From the NCBI GenBank assembly GCA_964434285.1, contig CAYSUJ010000005.1, forward strand, positions 1-63,835: 63,835 nt of DNA, written 5' to 3'. Both the position numbers and the translations under genes were made by a program. Position 1 is the stretch's first letter, and each line of letters opens with the position of its first letter. Positions 8,971 through 19,112 of this stretch are shown piece after piece. The notes under the pieces were generated by a model. The model worked only from the letters and a program-made list of their open reading frames with translations, was not told where the DNA came from and ran no database searches. The DNA comes from an uncultured Candidatus Saccharibacteria bacterium. GTDB taxonomy: Bacteria; Patescibacteriota; Minisyncoccia; Phycocordibacterales; UBA2100.

Positions 8971-9315
8971 GTGAGTGTCATCAAGTTGTGATACTTCCAA
9001 GATCGAAAGTCGCCAAGCTCCTCCCCCTGGGAGGTGTTTGGTTTTACACCTTGCCCGAGCATCGCTCGGGTTTTTGCGTAAAACCAAACACCTGGCCGGA
9101 GCGGGGTACCCACCTCTGGTGGGTCGCGAGGCGGGCCCGCGAGCACTTAGTATTTTGCGCGTAGCATGCAAAATAGTTAGTGACTCGTGGGGTGTTTGGT
9201 TTTATAGAGGGGTGATACACTATTTGTTAGAAGGACCTACAAAGCAGGGCGGCGGCACTCACATTTGACTTTCACTTTTGGAGCTCGCACCCGTCCTGCT
9301 TTGTGGGTCTTTTTT
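8971..9315 (+). ncRNA. Candidate structured ncRNA of unknown class
   Basis: The region has no credible ORF. It contains consecutive tight hairpins: 9033-9092, ACCCACC/GGTGGGT, TCGCG..CGCGA and TATTTTGC..GCAAAATA. A 13-bp closing stem pairs 9240-9252 with 9291-9303 and is followed by a T6 run at 9310-9315. RNase P, tmRNA and SRP signature motifs were not seen. Confidence 0.3.
9033..9092. repeat. Inverted repeat GGTGTTTGGTTTTA ... TAAAACCAAACACC enclosing an inner hairpin; a third direct copy lies at 9191-9204
   Basis: 14-nt perfect arms flank CCCGAGC-ATCG-CTCGGG. The same 14-mer recurs at 9191-9204. Confidence 0.6.
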
Positions 9316-9332
9316 GTTATGAGCTAAGCTCA

Positions 9333-11432
9333 CTAGCGGACTTCGCCTGAGCGCACTTGTTGTATGAGCGTATCCACCTGACCAGCAGACGCAGGAACTG
9401 CGTTGCGGAGTGCAGTGAGTATCTCGACAGCACGCTCGTTCTGCCCTACGCCAGCGTATGCTCCCGCCAGTGATAGATAGAGATTAGTGTCGCTTGATGC
9501 ACCCTCAATGAACGGGCGAATAATGGTTTCGGCCTCTTCTATCTTGCCGGTTCTAATGAGAGCATTTGCATATGCGACACGTGCTTGCGGATAGTTTGGT
9601 TCGAGCTCATATGCCTTCTTGAAATGCCCCACTGCCTCCTCGGGAGCATTACGCGCGAATGCGTTCAACCCCAGCTCAAAAAGAATGCTCTGCTTGTTGG
9701 GCGAACGCTCGATCGCTAGGCGCAGAGCAGTTTCGGCATCTGCAAATGCACTCACACGATTGAGGAGCACGCCGAGGAAGAATGGTGCGCGGGCGTTCAG
9801 CGGCGCTTCATTTGCCTGCGCCATCATCGCGGTTGTTGCTGCCTCGAAGAACTTCATCTTGAGATCTTCGGGAATATTCTCGGCAGCAATGACGCTGAGC
9901 GTACCTTGAGAGAATTGCTCGCGAATCTCTTGCGAACCGGCGCGCGGTAGCGCGAGTGCCTCTTGGAATATCTCAAGATTGCGCACAGGCCCACCAGCTT
10001 GCGAGGAAATCGCCTGGATGAGCATTCTGTTCCCTCTAATCATCTGTGCGTTCATAAACCACGCCACACCCCACACGAGCAGAATTGCGCCGCCTGCGAG
10101 ATACGGGAGCACTTTTCGTGAAAGTGCCGGCAGTGGCGCGGGCTCATTTTGAGACACGACACCTGCACGCACGGTTATGTAGGCAAGAACAGCGATAAAA
10201 AGAATGTAGCTCGTAAGGTTATCGAATGTGAAGAGGAGGTAGAAGAAATAGCCGGCGAAAAGTCCGGTGAGAATGGCACGTTCGTAGAGTGCGAACGCCC
10301 CCGAGCGCCATACCATGAGAAGTGCAAAAATGTAGAGCGCAAGATACCCAATAAGCCCGAAGATGCCGCCCGCAATCAACCAGTCAAAGATGATGTTGTG
10401 CGTGCGATCGAACCACTGCTCCTGCGCATACATGCGCGGGTCGTAATATTTATCAAACACCGCGGCGTAGTTCTCTTGACCCCAACCAAGAAATGGGCGC
10501 TCATTGAAACCCTCGATAGCCATTTCGATATTGAGTTGGCGCGCGAGCGGGAATCCTTCACGTGCTATTTCTGCAAGGCGGAATAAGGGTTCGATATTCT
10601 GCACCCAGGTTTGTTCGCGCACTGCCCAGAAGCCCCCAGCAAGCACAAGGAGCGCCGCAACCACTGTTCCACCGGCGCGCCACGCAATGCGTGAGCGAGG
10701 CGCCATGAAAACAAGAAGGAGCGCGGAGAGTGCGGCGCCGCCAATGAGGCCGAGAATTGCGCCGCGCGTTGCAGTGAAGAAAAGGATGAACGAATCGAGT
10801 AAGATGACTGCGCCATAGCCCAGGAGGATGCCTGTGCGCTTTCCAGGAGCTTTTTCAATCCATGCACGGCCAAGATACAGCGCGGCCATAAACACATGAA
10901 AGAGCATGTAGACGCCGAGATAAGTGGAATTCCCAATGCGCGCGTCAAGGCGCACGCCGGATTGGTTGATGGCGACCATGCCCGCGAGCTGCAGGAGGCC
11001 GATGAAGGCCACAATGAGCGAGACACCGATGGAGGTGTGCCACCACTGCTTCCAGAGCTTTTCCGTTGTGAGGACGGACTGTGCGACGACAAAGTAGGCA
11101 AAAAGGTGCGAGATCATGATCCACCCCTCCATGCGCTCGTAGTTACTGAAAAAACTCTTGAAGGGGTACACGCCGAAGGCGTCTGCTATCGCCATCCAGA
11201 TGATCCACAGCCCGAACGCCCAGAGAAGCCACGTTCGGCGGGGGCGATATGCGGGGTTTACCAGGGCGAGTGCAAGCCATGCTCCCGCCATGATTTCCAC
11301 GATGATGCGGAATGCGAAATTCTTCCCCGAAATGAAGGGGAAGAACATGGAATTCGCCACGTAGAGGACAAGAAATGGCAATGCAAAGACGCCCGCAATG
11401 CACACTGAGCGGAGAGTCTTCTCAAGGGTCAT
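9333..11432 (-). CDS. O-antigen ligase/polymerase-like (Wzy_C family) polytopic membrane protein with a C-terminal TPR domain
   Basis: 699-aa ORF. The N-terminal two-thirds hold about 10-12 TM helices. The C-terminal third has TPR-like repeats (AVGHFKKAYELEPNYPQARVAYANALIRTGKIEEA). Confidence 0.55.
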   Translation of the reverse strand: MTLEKTLRSVCIAGVFALPFLVLYVANSMFFPFISGKNFAFRIIVEIMAGAWLALALVNPAYRPRRTWLLWAFGLWIIWMAIADAFGVYPFKSFFSNYERMEGWIMISHLFAYFVVAQSVLTTEKLWKQWWHTSIGVSLIVAFIGLLQLAGMVAINQSGVRLDARIGNSTYLGVYMLFHVFMAALYLGRAWIEKAPGKRTGILLGYGAVILLDSFILFFTATRGAILGLIGGAALSALLLVFMAPRSRIAWRAGGTVVAALLVLAGGFWAVREQTWVQNIEPLFRLAEIAREGFPLARQLNIEMAIEGFNERPFLGWGQENYAAVFDKYYDPRMYAQEQWFDRTHNIIFDWLIAGGIFGLIGYLALYIFALLMVWRSGAFALYERAILTGLFAGYFFYLLFTFDNLTSYILFIAVLAYITVRAGVVSQNEPAPLPALSRKVLPYLAGGAILLVWGVAWFMNAQMIRGNRMLIQAISSQAGGPVRNLEIFQEALALPRAGSQEIREQFSQGTLSVIAAENIPEDLKMKFFEAATTAMMAQANEAPLNARAPFFLGVLLNRVSAFADAETALRLAIERSPNKQSILFELGLNAFARNAPEEAVGHFKKAYELEPNYPQARVAYANALIRTGKIEEAETIIRPFIEGASSDTNLYLSLAGAYAGVGQNERAVEILTALRNAVPASAGQVDTLIQQVRSGEVR

Positions 11433-11462
11433 GCGCGAGATTGTAGCACACCCACAAGACCC

Positions 11463-13760
11463 CTAGCGCAAGAGGGCTTGAATGTCTTCTTTGAGGAGGC
11501 CGTAGGCGTCGTCGTTGATGCCACTCCCATGGCGGCGCTCTATTTCACGAGCGATGTTCTCGAAAAGCACCGTGCGTGCGCGATCGCTGCTCGAATTTCG
11601 CGCTGCCGAAAGCTTGCCTGACATACTTGCCTCAATAACCTTCGATACCCAACCCTGCTTATAGGCAAATGAAAGATCCGCAAGCATGCTCTGAATGGTA
11701 ACCGTCGGCTGCAATGCGTCTGATTCTGTACCAAGCACGAGTTGATAGGTTTCCTCGGAACCAAGAGTTGCCCCACCGAAGCGCGAGAGGTCGTCGGAGC
11801 TACCATCTTCTTCGAGGTAGGAGGAAAGAAGCTCATAGGTACCAACGTCACTCCCGCGCACGCGCACCATGTATGTCCCAGGAATCGGATTAGGAATCGT
11901 GAGGTACTCAACGAGCGCTTCCGGACCCGCATAAAACGCGCCGGGGATTTCGTTCACTTCACTGCCATCATCAAAACCCGCACGACGACCAAGCGGATCT
12001 GTCACTAGAATGTCTGCCGGAGAGAAAAGCTGGAAAAGCAGCATCTTCATATTTGGCAGATTCCAGTTGTCGACGACAATCGGGGTGGTTGTGCCATTCA
12101 GAAGCGTCACGATGTCGCCTGAAGCATCCTCCGGTAGTGCGCTGTGTGACGAAGTGAGTGTGGTAGTAGTGGCAGAGACGAAGGTCGCACTCGATGTAGG
12201 AACCGTTGCATCCCCCGCCCCTAGGACAAGACCACGATCGCCACTCCCATCAAAATCTTCTGGGTAGCCGTGCTGCCAGAGTGGCGCTTTGTTCGCGGCG
12301 TTCACCACCTGGATGCCAGTGATGGTGTCCTTGTTCTGACTTACGAATGCATGCAGGTCAATGCCCGACGAGAGAAGACCGCCAACCGCTGCATTTAGAT
12401 TCTCGAGAAATGTGTTCCTCGGATACACAGTGGGGTAGCTTCGCAATGTGCTACCGTCTAAAAGATAACTGTAATCGGGCAGCAATTGTTCGACGGCTGT
12501 TATCGGATAATTTTGTAAATAGTCGAAAACTGACACAAAACCATTCTTACGCGCCTCACCTTTCAGAAATCGTTTTGTGAGTCCGTCGAGAAGAGATGGA
12601 GAAACAAACTCCCCTCCCTCCCACATCAAATACGCTTTCGGTGCACCACGATGAGGCGTACCAAGGAAAATAAGTTGATCAACATCGTCTTCGTAGTCTT
12701 CTGACTGAACATACTGCCGCGCGACGAGGCCGCCCATGGAGTGCGCCACGAGATCCACTTTTTCGCATTCACACAGCATCTTCACCTCATCGATCTTCTG
12801 CTTCAAAAGCTCTGCCGTTGTCAGGTTCGACGAGCGCCAGTCATAGCCAAAGGTAAAAAGATCCGTGCCGAGCGTGTAGCCGTTCGCTTCAAGTGTTGAG
12901 ACGAGATCATCATATGTGTGAAGTATTGGATCAATCTCCCACACACCATTCTTCTCAGCCGACCCAAGAATCCCCGGCACCACTATCACGGGATCAGTTC
13001 CCTCTTCTTCATCAAGAAATGGAACATCATCAGAAAACTGCGGACCATTCACCGGCGTGAGATGATTACCATTTGCCGTCGCATCCTCAAACGAACCATT
13101 CATCTTCCAATACCCCACCAACCCCGGCTCATTCCCCACAAGCTCCCTATTCATATTCGCCACTATCTCCTCATGCGTCCTCGCCACATTCCACACCCTC
13201 ACGTCGTCTATGTGTCCATCCATGTACGCCTCCCCATTACCATGAGCACCGATTCGGAAAGGTGCAGTACTGTTATTTATAGTACCCGTTCCGCCTTGTA
13301 TGGAACCTAACGGAGAACCGTTAACATAGAATGTTATTGACGATTCTGATTTTTTTGCAACAACATGGTACCAAACTCCCAGTGATGGAACCCAATTAAC
13401 CCCTACGTCCGTACCATTGTAGCCGTCAGATTGATTCACCCAACGCAACTTGAAATCGGTTCCAGAATAATAAAAAGTGTACGATCTATCGTCCCCTGCA
13501 GAAACAGATTTGACTACAAATGCTGCATTATGATCAAAAGGCGGTAATGATTCGAATTTCACCCACGCCTCAACTGTCATATCCGTTGAACCATCAAGCC
13601 CGGTCTGACCCGAATCAGCTATTGATAGATATTGCGTGCTAGATGATTCAAAATCAACCGAGCGAAAATTAAGAGCTTCAGCACTAGGGCTGATAGCGTA
13701 AAAAATTGTAAGAAATGTTATTGCCCCAAAAATGACTCCATACAAACGAATTGTGTTCAT
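11463..13760 (-). CDS. Secreted LamG/concanavalin-like domain protein fused to an alpha/beta-hydrolase (LCAT/PGAP1-like lipase)
   Basis: 765-aa ORF with a signal-like N-terminus. It has a LamG signature (GHIDDVRVWNVARTHEEI), a VPGILGS motif and a nucleophile elbow AHSMGG. Confidence 0.6.
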   Translation of the reverse strand: MNTIRLYGVIFGAITFLTIFYAISPSAEALNFRSVDFESSSTQYLSIADSGQTGLDGSTDMTVEAWVKFESLPPFDHNAAFVVKSVSAGDDRSYTFYYSGTDFKLRWVNQSDGYNGTDVGVNWVPSLGVWYHVVAKKSESSITFYVNGSPLGSIQGGTGTINNSTAPFRIGAHGNGEAYMDGHIDDVRVWNVARTHEEIVANMNRELVGNEPGLVGYWKMNGSFEDATANGNHLTPVNGPQFSDDVPFLDEEEGTDPVIVVPGILGSAEKNGVWEIDPILHTYDDLVSTLEANGYTLGTDLFTFGYDWRSSNLTTAELLKQKIDEVKMLCECEKVDLVAHSMGGLVARQYVQSEDYEDDVDQLIFLGTPHRGAPKAYLMWEGGEFVSPSLLDGLTKRFLKGEARKNGFVSVFDYLQNYPITAVEQLLPDYSYLLDGSTLRSYPTVYPRNTFLENLNAAVGGLLSSGIDLHAFVSQNKDTITGIQVVNAANKAPLWQHGYPEDFDGSGDRGLVLGAGDATVPTSSATFVSATTTTLTSSHSALPEDASGDIVTLLNGTTTPIVVDNWNLPNMKMLLFQLFSPADILVTDPLGRRAGFDDGSEVNEIPGAFYAGPEALVEYLTIPNPIPGTYMVRVRGSDVGTYELLSSYLEEDGSSDDLSRFGGATLGSEETYQLVLGTESDALQPTVTIQSMLADLSFAYKQGWVSKVIEASMSGKLSAARNSSSDRARTVLFENIAREIERRHGSGINDDAYGLLKEDIQALLR

Positions 13761-13933
13761 GTTTTAAATTTAGCGTAATAGTATTATCGACTTTATCATG
13801 CCATAAGCTGCATCTTATGTTTGTATATCAGTTCCTGTAGACATCGCATCAAAAAGTAAAAGGCAGAGAACCTTAAGCCAAAAAGGTCGGAGAGGCTATA
13901 TTAGTTTTTTATTTCTGAACAGCAAATATCACT

Positions 13934-15196
13934 TCAGTCGTAAAAGTATTTTTGCACACCATCAAAAATGTCTACCGTCGCAAGAGTCTCGGCAATACGC
14001 TGGGCAGCATGACCGTCACCAAAGAGGGTGCTTGAAGGGAATCGACCATGGACAAGGTGACTCCGGATCGCTTGCGCGATATCTATTTGACGCGCTGAAA
14101 CCTCAAGAACGTTTTCAGCTCGCTCGCGGCGCTGTTGGCGGGTGCCGACGATAATCGCCGGCGTCCCGAGGAAGGCACTTTCGCGTATAAAACTCGAAGA
14201 ATTGCCAACAGCAACAGATGCGTTAGCAAGTACTTTCGTATAGTCTTCAAGCGAGATGTGCTTATGGAAGACGCTACGCGATGCCGCTGACGAAGAGCGA
14301 TACTCACGCATCGCGATTGAAATACCATCAGATCCAGCGTCGATATTCGGGGAGATGAAAAATTGGGGCATACCAATCTCATCAAGGGCCGCGAGCAATT
14401 CTTCCATCTGCGCATGATTCGAATCGTATTCGGTCGTGACCGGATGGTGAGCGATAAGAAGGTATGGCTTCGTTAGGTCTATCGATCCAACATCACGCGG
14501 ATATCGTTCGTGGAGCGAATTGTCGATCGTGATGTCCATCGACGCAAGGGCGTCAATGATCGGCGAACCGTACGAAAATACGGTTTTTGGATCTTCGCCC
14601 ATACGAATGATACGCTCGGCACTTTTCTTCGTCGCCGGGAAATGAATGTGTGCTAATTTTGAGATAGCATGACGGATGCTATTGTCAATAGTTCCAGAAA
14701 CATCCCCACCCTCGATGTGCGCAATCGGGATATTGAGATACGCCGCGGCAATAGCGACCGACAGAATCTCGAAACGATCTCCGTTAATAAGAATAATGTC
14801 GGGTTTCAGTTGTTCGAAGATACTCGGCATCTTCAACAACCCTAGTCCGCACGTGCTTACCATCTCGGCAGGAGTCCCTCCGCCTACTAATAATGGAACT
14901 CTGGCATTGATCGAATATCCATCGCGGATAAGAGCCCGACTGAGGTCTTCCCTCGCGTAGACCGCTGCGTCTCCGCCAAACACCTTTGCAAGACGTGCGC
15001 GTATATACCATCGCAACGAATTTCGATGAGACATCGAGCGTGCGACTTTCAGATACTTTAAGATGCCATCAAAGTATGCATACGAACCGATAACTATTTG
15101 TAGTCGTACGTCTTTACGCGCATGGAGTTCATCCAAAACCGGTTTCAACCGACCGTAGTCGGAGCGATTGGTCGCGACGATACATATCGTACGCAT
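13934..15196 (-). CDS. neuC: UDP-N-acetylglucosamine 2-epimerase (hydrolysing), NeuC-like
   Basis: 420-aa ORF. The N-terminus reads ICIVATNRSDYGRLKPVL. It carries HIEGGDVSGTIDNSIRHAISKLAHIHF, which is typical of NeuC/2-epimerases. It is adjacent to neuB and neuA. Confidence 0.75.
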   Translation of the reverse strand: MRTICIVATNRSDYGRLKPVLDELHARKDVRLQIVIGSYAYFDGILKYLKVARSMSHRNSLRWYIRARLAKVFGGDAAVYAREDLSRALIRDGYSINARVPLLVGGGTPAEMVSTCGLGLLKMPSIFEQLKPDIILINGDRFEILSVAIAAAYLNIPIAHIEGGDVSGTIDNSIRHAISKLAHIHFPATKKSAERIIRMGEDPKTVFSYGSPIIDALASMDITIDNSLHERYPRDVGSIDLTKPYLLIAHHPVTTEYDSNHAQMEELLAALDEIGMPQFFISPNIDAGSDGISIAMREYRSSSAASRSVFHKHISLEDYTKVLANASVAVGNSSSFIRESAFLGTPAIIVGTRQQRRERAENVLEVSARQIDIAQAIRSHLVHGRFPSSTLFGDGHAAQRIAETLATVDIFDGVQKYFYD

Positions 15197-15199
15197 GGC

Positions 15200-16249
15200 T
15201 TATCGTGCAATATCCTTCCTCCGGAGCTGCATATCGACAGAAAGATTGCGTGTCGCCCGCTTACCCAATACGCGTCTATAGTCGTTTGCCTTGAAGTCAC
15301 CTGTTCCGGGACGCTTGACCCAGATATTTTTCTTGGTAAAGCGCTCGCCTTTTTTAATCGGAGCGATGGTTACGATGGACGCAAACGCGAAACGAATCGT
15401 CGGAGCTTCCCCTTTGGCGGGTCCTTTCTCTCCCCCACGTGCCTCCCAAACGGCACGAGTGCCAAAAACGAGATCCTTCAACTCCTTGGGATCAATCGAA
15501 ATCGCGACATCGGGACCGGGCCATGTCTTATCGGAAGTAAAATGTTTCTCAATAATTGAACCTCCGAGAGCCACTGCTGCAAATGCAGTATAGTTTCCTA
15601 TCGAATGACACGAGAGTCCAGTGATTATTCCCGGAAACGTTTTCTGCAACTGCTGTAGTCCGCCGAGACGCACGTCCGCATATGGTGTTGGATACATATT
15701 GGTGCAATGTAAGATTGCGAACGGAACCTTTTTTTTCTTCAAAATCTTCACAGCTATCTTAATGCTGGCGATAGTATTCATGCCTGTGGAGAGAATCACA
15801 GGCTTTTTAAAGGACGCAATGTGTTCGATCAAGGGATAATTATTGCATTCGCCAGACCCAATCTTATAGGCGGCAACATCCATCCGCTGTAATCGATCCG
15901 CTGCAGCGCGCGAAAACGGCGTGCACAGGTATATCATCCCCTTCGCCTCTGTATATCGCTTCAATTCACGTTCTTCGTCTTCAGTAAGCGCACAACGCTC
16001 CATGATGTCCCAAATCGAGACTGTGGCGTTCCCTGGAACCGTCTTTTTTGCCGCCGGCACCATTTCATCTTCGACGACGTGGCTCTGGAATTTGACGCAC
16101 TCGGCGCCCGCTGCGGCGGCAGCATCAATCATTTTCTTAGCTTTTTCAACGCTTCCTTCGTGATTAATACCTATCTCAGCGATCACAAAAGGCGAATATG
16201 CGGACCCGATTTTCCTTCCGGAAATAGCTATAACAGGTTGTATTTTCAT
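15200..16249 (-). CDS. neuB: N-acetylneuraminate (nonulosonate) synthase, NeuB family with a C-terminal SAF domain
   Basis: 349-aa ORF containing FVIAEIGINHEGSVEKAKKMIDAAAAAGAECVKFQ and a C-terminal SAF-like segment (IKKGERFTKKNIWVKRPG). Confidence 0.85.
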   Translation of the reverse strand: MKIQPVIAISGRKIGSAYSPFVIAEIGINHEGSVEKAKKMIDAAAAAGAECVKFQSHVVEDEMVPAAKKTVPGNATVSIWDIMERCALTEDEERELKRYTEAKGMIYLCTPFSRAAADRLQRMDVAAYKIGSGECNNYPLIEHIASFKKPVILSTGMNTIASIKIAVKILKKKKVPFAILHCTNMYPTPYADVRLGGLQQLQKTFPGIITGLSCHSIGNYTAFAAVALGGSIIEKHFTSDKTWPGPDVAISIDPKELKDLVFGTRAVWEARGGEKGPAKGEAPTIRFAFASIVTIAPIKKGERFTKKNIWVKRPGTGDFKANDYRRVLGKRATRNLSVDMQLRRKDIAR

Positions 16250-16339
16250 GGTCTCTCTTTATGACCGGATAGTATCATGTCCATACTGTCAGCATAGTCT
16301 CAGCGACTGCCCTTGGCAATCATACCTCCATCCACGACA

Positions 16340-17053
16340 TTATCCTGGGAAAAGCGCTTGGAAACGAGCCTCTCCGACTTCCCAATCTTTTGGCGTATCA
16401 ATATCAATAGAATATTTTTCTTCAATAACGTAGCCGCGAACATCGTTGCCGTAAAGACTTGGTTCGGACGCGAATAAAAGATCTGACTTGAAAAGATAGA
16501 ACGCACCGTTACGGAAATATGTTTTTGGTAAATCTTGTCGACGGCGAACAATCTCGGGCCACGGAGATCCGTCCACCAACTTGGCCTTGTCACTCTGGAG
16601 AGAGACTTGCCAATGAAAGTTATAGTGGCCCGGTACTTCGCCAAGTGCAATTACCGAATCTGCGCCAGATGCCGCGACGATTGTAATCGCTTCCCTGACG
16701 TGAAATGGCTGACGCGCGGGAGATGTTGGCTCGAGAAGTAGTGTGTAGTCTGGATAATATCCATCTTCTTCTTTGAGGGATTGGACCGCATGCTGTAATA
16801 CTGGAAGCGAAGGGGTGGTGTCCTGTGCCAGTTCTGACGGGCGCATGAATGGCACCTCGGCGCCGTATTGTCTCGCGACCATAGCAATCTCAACATCATC
16901 AGTAGTCACAATAACGCGTTCGAGTGCTTTGGACTGAAGCGCTACCTCAATAGACCAAGCAATGAGAGGCTTCCCTGCAAATGGCTTGATATTTTTTCGA
17001 GGAATCGATTTCGAGCCGCCCCGCGCCGGTATGATTCCAAGCACTCGTGACAT
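16340..17053 (-). CDS. neuA: Acylneuraminate cytidylyltransferase (CMP-nonulosonate synthetase), NeuA-like
   Basis: It has the motif LGIIPARGGSKSIPRKNIKPFAGKPLIAWSIE. The start was chosen at the internal ATG (MSRVLGIIPARGG) rather than at the ORF-track start of 17101. Confidence 0.85.
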   Translation of the reverse strand: MSRVLGIIPARGGSKSIPRKNIKPFAGKPLIAWSIEVALQSKALERVIVTTDDVEIAMVARQYGAEVPFMRPSELAQDTTPSLPVLQHAVQSLKEEDGYYPDYTLLLEPTSPARQPFHVREAITIVAASGADSVIALGEVPGHYNFHWQVSLQSDKAKLVDGSPWPEIVRRRQDLPKTYFRNGAFYLFKSDLLFASEPSLYGNDVRGYVIEEKYSIDIDTPKDWEVGEARFQALFPG

Positions 17054-17105
17054 AAGACGCACACTAGCGCATCCCAGAGATTTTACCAGGGCATAAAACA
17101 AACTT

Positions 17106-18146
17106 ATGCTATCATGCGACTATTGCATGAAAAATCCCTTAATCCCCCAAAAAGCTATGGTCGTCGGTCTCGGCCGTATGGGAGGGTGTCATATTAAAGC
17201 GTATAAAAACCTACAGATTCAAACGGTTGTTGGAGCCGATATAAGAGAGGAGGCTGTCAGTTCTTACCAAAATACATACCCAGAGCACGTCTTCTCCGCT
17301 GATTGGCGATCTCTCTTGAATGAGACCCGCCCAGACATAATGAGTATAGCGACAAACGGTCCGAGCCATGCGGAAATCGTCATAGAAGCCGCTCGTCTCA
17401 ATATCCCTTATATACTATGCGAAAAACCTCTGACGACTAGTATCGAGAAGGCAGACGAGATGATTGCCACGTGCAATTCTCACGGCACACGACTGTTTGT
17501 AAATTTCTCGCTCCGCTTCTTCCCGGCATTCCAAAGACTCCAATCACTCATTGCACTGCATACGTTTGGCAATATCCGGAGCATTCACGTAACCGTGGGT
17601 GGTGCAGGTGGCCTAGGGTGCATCGGGAGCCATTATGTCGACCTTATACAGCTCGTGATGGGAAGCGAACCTGTACGAGTATGGGGCGCGCTCGATTCGA
17701 AACAGACACCCAATCCTCGTGGATCACAATTTCGAGACCCGGGTGGTTTCGGTATGTACACACTGGCAAATGGCGCTCGCGCATTTCTTGAAATGTCTGA
17801 AGATTTTCCTCAGCCGCTCACATTTTCAACACTAATCACTATAATTGGCGACCGCGCACGTGCGATTATAGATGTGCGCCACAACCGTTGGATGCTTGAA
17901 GAATACGGCTCAGAAACTATACAACCGATCGCATTTGATGCTTCCGGGCAAGCAGATCTCGTGTCCGCCACCACACTCACAATCAAAGACATGCTTTCAA
18001 ACGGCGGCCGTACTGCAACAGGAGCAGACGGGATACGTGCGCTTCACATGATACTAGGCATACACGCTTCTCATGCGCGGGGAAATATTCCAGTAGCGAT
18101 TCCTCTTGTGCAAGATGATCGAATGCTGGATGTACCAATGACTTAA
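17106..18146 (+). CDS. Gfo/Idh/MocA family NAD(P)-dependent sugar oxidoreductase
   Basis: 346-aa ORF with a Rossmann N-terminus (MVVGLGRMGG) and an EKP motif (ILCEKPLTTS). The true start may be at 17127 or 17157. Confidence 0.7.
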   Translation: MLSCDYCMKNPLIPQKAMVVGLGRMGGCHIKAYKNLQIQTVVGADIREEAVSSYQNTYPEHVFSADWRSLLNETRPDIMSIATNGPSHAEIVIEAARLNIPYILCEKPLTTSIEKADEMIATCNSHGTRLFVNFSLRFFPAFQRLQSLIALHTFGNIRSIHVTVGGAGGLGCIGSHYVDLIQLVMGSEPVRVWGALDSKQTPNPRGSQFRDPGGFGMYTLANGARAFLEMSEDFPQPLTFSTLITIIGDRARAIIDVRHNRWMLEEYGSETIQPIAFDASGQADLVSATTLTIKDMLSNGGRTATGADGIRALHMILGIHASHARGNIPVAIPLVQDDRMLDVPMT

Positions 18147-18149
18147 CGT

Positions 18150-19112
18150 ATGAGATCAGTACGTGTCGGAATTGTTGGTGCGGGCTCAATTGCCGAACAC
18201 CACTTGAAGGTATTAGGCTCGTTCCCCGACGTCGAGGTTTGCGCTATTTCAAACCGCGATGAGGAAAAAGGGGGACATATTGCGAAAAAGTTTGGCATTC
18301 CCCACATCTATGCAAAACCCCAGACGCTGTTTTCCCAAGAATTACCCGACGCCGTCTATGTACTAGTCTCAGCTGATGCGCTATACCCTACCACACTTCA
18401 ATGCATAGCTTTTGGCATACCTTTATTTATAGAAAAGCCCGCAGGACTTACATCGGTTGAGACTCGGCATCTCCAAGAAACAGCGCTCAGCAATGACGTG
18501 CGAATAATGGTTGGTTATAATCGCAGATTTTACTCAGTGATACAGCGGGCCCAAGAAGCGATTCGCACGCGCGGAGACTTATTAGGGGTAAGAATTGAGG
18601 CTCCTGAAGGCATAGAACAAATCAAAACACTAAAGAAATTCTCTCCCGACATCCTCGCACGATGGTTTGTTGCAAACGGCACTCACGGTATCGATCTTCT
18701 CAACTTTCTCGGTGGCGATACGACGGAAGTGCTGGCACGAAAAAGGTCTTTTCTGGAACCATCAGGAGATAACTTTGGCGCAACAATCGTTTTTTTAAAC
18801 TCAGCGCTAGGGCACTATATATCTCATTGGAATTCCCCGGGACGCTGGAGTGTTGATCTGTACGGAGTCAACATACGCGCTCACATTGAACCACTCGAAT
18901 CCGGCACTCTCATCATGGATGGTGAGGAAATACCCCTTCTGCCAGACCTTGACGATCTCGAATATAAGCCCGGATTTTGGAAACAAAACCGCTATTTTAT
19001 AGACCGTGTGCAAGACGGCGGTGAGATTACGCGACCCGCATGCTCAATTGCTGACGCACTCAAAACGATGGAGTTGGCCGAGAGAATATTGTCAGGCGGT
19101 TCAATAAATTAA
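18150..19112 (+). CDS. Gfo/Idh/MocA family oxidoreductase
   Basis: 320-aa ORF with VRVGIVGAGSIAEHHL and an FIEKPAGLT motif. Confidence 0.7.
   Translation: MRSVRVGIVGAGSIAEHHLKVLGSFPDVEVCAISNRDEEKGGHIAKKFGIPHIYAKPQTLFSQELPDAVYVLVSADALYPTTLQCIAFGIPLFIEKPAGLTSVETRHLQETALSNDVRIMVGYNRRFYSVIQRAQEAIRTRGDLLGVRIEAPEGIEQIKTLKKFSPDILARWFVANGTHGIDLLNFLGGDTTEVLARKRSFLEPSGDNFGATIVFLNSALGHYISHWNSPGRWSVDLYGVNIRAHIEPLESGTLIMDGEEIPLLPDLDDLEYKPGFWKQNRYFIDRVQDGGEITRPACSIADALKTMELAERILSGGSIN

Noticed and set aside
8971-9315. Identification of the structured gap as RNase P RNA, tmRNA, SRP RNA or 6S RNA
   Set aside because: The conserved GAGGAAAGTCC (RNase P), the tRNA-like T-arm/acceptor and tag ORF (tmRNA), and the GGAA/AGCA helix-8 motifs (SRP) were not found on either strand. 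The region is therefore left as an RNA of unknown class.
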